DNA of 27,813 nucleotides from a virus (Duplodnaviria; Heunggongvirae; Uroviricota; Caudoviricetes): IMG/VR virus record IMGVR_UViG_2737471833_000010, positions 1 to 27,813 of that record; one strand, 5' to 3'. Shown piece by piece: positions 23,930 to 27,813 of this stretch (position 1 is its first letter; each line of letters starts with the position of its first letter). The notes under the pieces were generated by a model. It saw only the letters and a program-made list of their open reading frames with translations, ran no database searches and was not told where the DNA came from. The position numbers and the translations under genes were made by a program.

Positions 23930-25159
23930 ATGAAACTGCATGAACTGAAACAGAAACGTAATACTATCGCAACTGACATGCGCGCCCTGAATGAAAAAAT
24001 TGGTGATAACGCATGGACGGAAGAGCAGCGCACTGAGTGGAACAAAGCAAAATCCGAACTGGAAGCGCTTGATGAACGAATTGCTCGCGAAGAAGAACTA
24101 CGTCGTCAGGATCAGGCGTACATTGAAAGCAATGAGGAAGAGCAGCGTCAGAATCTTGATCCGGAAAACAATCCACAACAGGATGAGAAACGAGCTCAGG
24201 TTTTTGATAAGTGGATGCGTCACGGTGCCAGTGAGCTGACATCAGAAGAACGAAAGGCGTTGCGTGAACTTCGTGCCCAGGGCGTAGCTCAGGATGAAAA
24301 GGGTGGATATACCGTACCAGAAACATTCCTGGCGAAAGTTGTTGAGAAGATGAAATCCTACGGTGGCATCGCCAGTGTGGCGCAGATTCTTACCACTTCT
24401 GACGGTCGCACTATGGAGTGGGCAACAGCTGATGGTACTTCCGAAGTTGGTGTTCTGCTGGGCGAAAATGAAGAAGCCGGTGAAGAAGACACCGATTTCG
24501 GTATGGGAAGCCTTGGGGCGCTCAAAATGACATCGAAAATAATTCGTGTGTCTAATGAGTTGCTGCAGGACAGCGCGATCGATATGGAAGCTTATCTTGC
24601 CCGTCGCATTGCTGAACGTATTGGTCGTGGTGAAGCCCGTTATCTGATTCAGGGGACGGGTGCTGGTACGCCTAAACAACCCAAAGGGCTGGCAGCATCA
24701 GTGACCGGCACAACACAGACTGCCGCGGCAAATGCTGTGAAGTGGCAGGAAATTCTGGCTCTGAAACACAGCATTGATCCTGCATATCGTCGCGGACCGA
24801 AATTCCGCCTGGCGTTTAACGATAATACGCTGAAACTGATCAGTGAGATGGAAGACGGTCAGGGACGCCCTTTATGGTTGCCGGATATTGTTGGTGTGGC
24901 CCCTGCTTCAGTGTTGAATGTACCGTATGTCATTGATCAGGAAATTGATGATATCGGGGCGGGTAAAAAATTCATGTTCTGTGGTGACTTTGATCGCTTC
25001 ATTATCCGTCGTGTGCGATACATGATTCTTAAACGTCTGGTTGAGCGTTACGCGGAATATGATCAGACCGGTTTTCTGGCCTTCCATCGTTTTGACTGTA
25101 TCCTGGAAGACACCTCTGCCATTAAAGCGCTGGTGGGGAAAGGTAGCGTTGGTGGTTGA
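23930..25159 (+). CDS. Major capsid protein, HK97 fold, with N-terminal delta (scaffold-like) domain (409 aa)
   Basis: Charged coiled-coil N-terminal ~100 aa followed by the capsid domain. Gene order protease then capsid. Confidence 0.85.
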   Translation: MKLHELKQKRNTIATDMRALNEKIGDNAWTEEQRTEWNKAKSELEALDERIAREEELRRQDQAYIESNEEEQRQNLDPENNPQQDEKRAQVFDKWMRHGASELTSEERKALRELRAQGVAQDEKGGYTVPETFLAKVVEKMKSYGGIASVAQILTTSDGRTMEWATADGTSEVGVLLGENEEAGEEDTDFGMGSLGALKMTSKIIRVSNELLQDSAIDMEAYLARRIAERIGRGEARYLIQGTGAGTPKQPKGLAASVTGTTQTAAANAVKWQEILALKHSIDPAYRRGPKFRLAFNDNTLKLISEMEDGQGRPLWLPDIVGVAPASVLNVPYVIDQEIDDIGAGKKFMFCGDFDRFIIRRVRYMILKRLVERYAEYDQTGFLAFHRFDCILEDTSAIKALVGKGSVGG

Positions 25160-25184
25160 TTAGTCTTTTTACGTAATACAGCAC

Positions 25185-25227
25185 GCCGCGTAATGCGGTT
25201 TTTTTGTGCCCGCGTTCTGGCGGGCAC
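25185..25227 (+). terminator. Tandem hairpins after the capsid gene (attenuator/terminator candidate)
   Basis: CCGC gtaat GCGG followed by seven T, then a perfect 8-bp stem GTGCCCGC gttctg GCGGGCAC just before the next gene's AGGAGG. Confidence 0.4.
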
Positions 25228-25237
25228 AGGAGGTTTT

Positions 25238-25561
25238 ATGCTGTTAAAAATGGAAGAGATTAAGCTTCAGCTTCGTCTGGATGATGATTTCTCTGATGAA
25301 GATGAGTTGCTTGAACTACTTGGGAAGGCCGCTCAGAGTCGGACGGAAAACTTCCTTAACCGTACGTTGTATGCAACCGCAGATGACAGGCCTGCGGATG
25401 ATCCTGATGGGCTTGTGATATCTGATGATGTGAAGCTGGCGCTCCTGCTACTTGTCAGCCATTTCTACGAAAACCGCTCAACGGTTACAGACGTTGAGAA
25501 AATGGAGTTGCCAATGAGCTTTAACTGGTTGGTTGCTCCTTATCGCCTTATACCACTATGA
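25238..25561 (+). CDS. Head-tail connector protein, gp6-like (107 aa)
   Basis: AGGAGG lies 5 nt upstream of the ATG at 25238. Product MLLKMEEIKLQLRLDDDFSDEDELL... is typical of Phage_connect_1 proteins. Confidence 0.6.
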   Translation: MLLKMEEIKLQLRLDDDFSDEDELLELLGKAAQSRTENFLNRTLYATADDRPADDPDGLVISDDVKLALLLLVSHFYENRSTVTDVEKMELPMSFNWLVAPYRLIPL

Positions 25562-25968
25562 AAATTCGTCAGGCGCAGACCAGCGCAACCTACATTCTGC
25601 CTGACCCAGGCGAGCTGAATAAACGCGTCCTGATCCGCCAGCGGGTGGATATGCCCGCGGATAACTTTGGCGTGGAGCCTCAATACCCGGTTGCGTTCCG
25701 GGCATGGGCGAAGGTTATCCAGACCAGTGCCACCACCTGGCAGGAAACCGCGCAGATCGGAGACGCCATCACCCATTACATCACCATTCGCTACCGCCGG
25801 GGGATCACTGCTGATTATGAGGTGGTCTGTGATGACAGTGTGTACCGGGTGAAACGTCAGCGTGATCTGAACGGGGCGCGGCGCTTTCTGCTGCTGGAGT
25901 GTACGGAACTTGGTGCCGAAGAACAAATGGGAGGACGCAGTGGAGCAGACAGCATTTTTACACGTTGA
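25558..25968 (+). CDS. Head closure / head-tail adaptor protein (136 aa)
   Basis: ATGA overlap with the upstream stop. Segment ...ITHYITIRYRRGITADYEVVCDDSVYRV... resembles the head-tail joining family. Confidence 0.55.
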   Translation: MKIRQAQTSATYILPDPGELNKRVLIRQRVDMPADNFGVEPQYPVAFRAWAKVIQTSATTWQETAQIGDAITHYITIRYRRGITADYEVVCDDSVYRVKRQRDLNGARRFLLLECTELGAEEQMGGRSGADSIFTR

Positions 25969-26464
25969 TTTCAAACAACCGGAGGAGATGGAGTTTAATC
26001 GTGCCAGGCTCCGAAGGGCATTTGTTCAAATCGGGCGTGTCTATATGCGTGATGCCCGGCGGCTGGTGATGCGACGTGGTCGGTCTGCTCCAGGTGAAAA
26101 CCCCGGCTATCAGACCGGACGACTTGCGCGTTCTATAGGTTATTACGTCCCCCGTAAAAGCTCCCGTCGTTCTGGCCTGATGGTCAGGATTTCCCCTAAC
26201 CAGAAAAACGGGCAGGGTAACCGGCGTTTTCCTGAAGGTTCTGCGTATTATCCGGCGTTTCTGTATTACGGTGTGCGTCATGCCGCATACGGGATGAGCA
26301 AAAAGGATAAGCGCCAGAAAAAGCAGCATTCATCCCGCTGGCGGCTGGCACCACGTAATAACTTTATGGCTGATGTCATCGACCAGCGTCGTTACTGGAC
26401 ACAAAAGTTACTGTCCCGTGAGTTACAGCGGTCATTACGTCCTGTAAGAAGGAAAAAAACATGA
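25940..26464 (+). CDS. HK97 gp10-like neck/tail-attachment protein (174 aa, GTG start)
   Basis: GGGAGG lies 6 nt upstream of the GTG at 25940. Basic product with a ...YQTGRLARSIGY... motif. Confidence 0.45.
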   Translation: MEQTAFLHVDFKQPEEMEFNRARLRRAFVQIGRVYMRDARRLVMRRGRSAPGENPGYQTGRLARSIGYYVPRKSSRRSGLMVRISPNQKNGQGNRRFPEGSAYYPAFLYYGVRHAAYGMSKKDKRQKKQHSSRWRLAPRNNFMADVIDQRRYWTQKLLSRELQRSLRPVRRKKT

Positions 26465-27021
26465 AACTGACGCCTGTTATTGCTGCGCTGCGTGCCCGCT
26501 GCCCGTATTTTGAAAACCGGGTGGCAGGCGCGGCCCAGTTCAAAAATCTGCCGGAGGTCGGAAAGCTGAAACTCCCGGCGGCATATGTGGTACCGGGGGA
26601 TGATTCTCCGGGAGAAAACAAAAGCCAGACCGACTACTGGCAGGAGCTGAAAGAGGGCTTCTCCGTGGTTGTCATACTGAGTAACGGGCGTGATGAGCGC
26701 GGTCAGTTTGCCTCGTATGATGTGGTGGACGATGTCCGGCAGATGCTCTTTAAGGCCCTGCTGGGCTGGAACCCGGAAGCGTGCGGTAACCCGATTAACT
26801 ATGACGGCGGCACGCTGCTGGATCTGAATCGTCATGAGCTGATTTATCAGTTCGATTTTTCGGTCATCAGCGAGCTGACCGAAGACGATACCCGCCAGCA
26901 GGATGACCTGAACAGTCTGGATGAACTGCGAACGCTGGCGATTGATGTTGATTATCTCGATCCCGGTAACGGGCCTGACGGCGATATCGAACATCACACC
27001 GAAATAACCCTTCCTTCCTGA
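26461..27021 (+). CDS. Hypothetical virion protein (186 aa), likely tail completion/neck
   Basis: ATGA overlap with the upstream stop. Acidic C-terminus. Position between head-tail genes and the sheath. Confidence 0.5.
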   Translation: MKLTPVIAALRARCPYFENRVAGAAQFKNLPEVGKLKLPAAYVVPGDDSPGENKSQTDYWQELKEGFSVVVILSNGRDERGQFASYDVVDDVRQMLFKALLGWNPEACGNPINYDGGTLLDLNRHELIYQFDFSVISELTEDDTRQQDDLNSLDELRTLAIDVDYLDPGNGPDGDIEHHTEITLPS

Positions 27022-27029
27022 GAATCTTC

Positions 27030-27200
27030 ATGTTTGTGAAACCTGTTAAAGGGCGGTCAGTGCCTGACCCTGCCCGCGGTGACCTTTTGCCCACCGAAGG
27101 GCGAAATGTTGACGAGAACAACTACTGGCTGCGCCGTGAAGCAGCGGGTGATATCCGGCGCGTGAATAAAAAGGTGAACACCGATGACGATAAGCTTTAA
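27030..27200 (+). CDS. Small protein preceding the sheath gene (56 aa)
   Basis: ATG at 27030. Overlaps the sheath start by 17 nt. Not in the ORF track (under 60 aa). Confidence 0.35.
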   Translation: MFVKPVKGRSVPDPARGDLLPTEGRNVDENNYWLRREAAGDIRRVNKKVNTDDDKL

Positions 27201-27813
27201 CACCATTCCGTCGAATACGCTGGTTCCGCTGTTTTATGCGGAAATGGATAACCAGGCGGCGAATACTGCACAGGACAGCGGGGCATCGTTGCTGATTGGT
27301 CACGCCAATAACGGTGCAGAGATTGTTGCCAACAGTCTGGTGCTGATGCCGTCGGCAGACTATGCACGCCAGATTTGTGGTGCGGGAAGTCAGCTGGCGC
27401 GTATGGTCGAGGCTTATCGCCAGACCGACCCGTTTGGCGAGCTGTATGTGATTGCCGTTCCGGAAGCCACAGGCGCGGCGGCAACGGTTACGCTGACGGT
27501 GACCGGGGCGGCAACCGAAACTGGCACGGTGAATGTTTATGTGGGACGTACCCGCGTGCAGGCACCGGTGACCAACGGCGATAACGTCGCGACGATTGCC
27601 AGCAGTATCCAGGATGCCATTAATGCCGTTCCGGCCCTGCCGTTTACGGCCTCATCTTCGGCAGGCGTGGTCACACTGACCGCGCGTCATAAGGGGCTTT
27701 GCGGGAATGAAATTCCTGTCAGCCTCAATTACTACGGCTTTGGTGGGGGCGAAGTGCTGCCAGCGGGCGTACAGATTGCCGTGGCGACGGGTACCGCCGG
27801 AACGGGCGCTCCT
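27184..27813 (+). CDS. Contractile tail sheath protein, Mu-like, 5-prime partial (runs off window end)
   Basis: AGGTGA lies 8 nt upstream of the ATG at 27184. Product MTISFNTIPSNTLVPLFYAEMDNQAANTAQDSGASLLIGHANNG... resembles the N-terminus of Mu-type sheath proteins (recalled). No stop before the window end. Confidence 0.6.
   Translation, partial: MTISFNTIPSNTLVPLFYAEMDNQAANTAQDSGASLLIGHANNGAEIVANSLVLMPSADYARQICGAGSQLARMVEAYRQTDPFGELYVIAVPEATGAAATVTLTVTGAATETGTVNVYVGRTRVQAPVTNGDNVATIASSIQDAINAVPALPFTASSSAGVVTLTARHKGLCGNEIPVSLNYYGFGGGEVLPAGVQIAVATGTAGTGAP

Larger units (their letters stand above)
1..27813. mobile_element. Mosaic lambdoid prophage segment: integration, early-left, immunity, replication, nin, late regulation, lysis, packaging, HK97-like head, start of contractile tail
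   Basis: Gene order int-xis-ssb-erf-cIII-N-cI-cro-cII-O-helicase-ninB-rusA-Q-tRNA-S-R-Rz-HNH-terS-terL-portal-protease-capsid-sheath read from the translated ORFs. The window starts at the int stop codon, so attP/attL is outside. Confidence 0.9.

Overview
This window is a ~27.8-kb stretch of a mosaic lambdoid prophage of the enterobacterial type, starting exactly at the stop codon of a lambda-like integrase (the attachment site lies outside the window) and ending inside a contractile tail sheath gene. All family assignments come from reading the translations and recalled protein families; no database search, tRNA scan or RNA-folding program was run. Minus strand, 1-6600 (early-left operon): int, xis, accessory genes (ASCH-like, DUF551-like, Ea22-like, two unknowns), ssb, erf, small kil/cIII-region ORFs, two tandem intrinsic terminators, two unknown genes, and an N-type antiterminator with a P22-type boxB. 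Immunity region, 6600-9250: putative pL/OL area, an AT-rich cargo gene plus micro-ORF at the rex position, an S24-type CI repressor, divergent cro, nutR and cII. Plus strand, 9200-16100: an O-like initiator with internal 12-bp iterons, a DnaB-type helicase, a terminator, a cluster of small genes, the nin region (NinB, NinD/E/F-like, an AT-rich HNH endonuclease insertion, DUF1364-like, RusA, NinH-like) and a putative Q antiterminator. 16000-17750: pR'-like promoter, tR'-like terminator, two tRNA-like genes, an empty spacer where Stx phages carry toxin genes, then lambda S, R, Rz and Rz1. 17900-27813: two unknown genes each followed by a conserved hairpin element, HNH endonuclease, TerS, TerL, HK97-type portal, prohead protease and major capsid, head-tail connector genes, and the 5-prime part of a Mu-like tail sheath gene. 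No rRNA, CRISPR array or IS element was seen. The best candidates for an undescribed system are the rex-position cargo module (6840-7761), the N-to-terminator gene pair (5672-6210), the small-gene cluster before ninB (11910-12971) and the two genes with repeated hairpins between the lysis and packaging modules (17897-19130).
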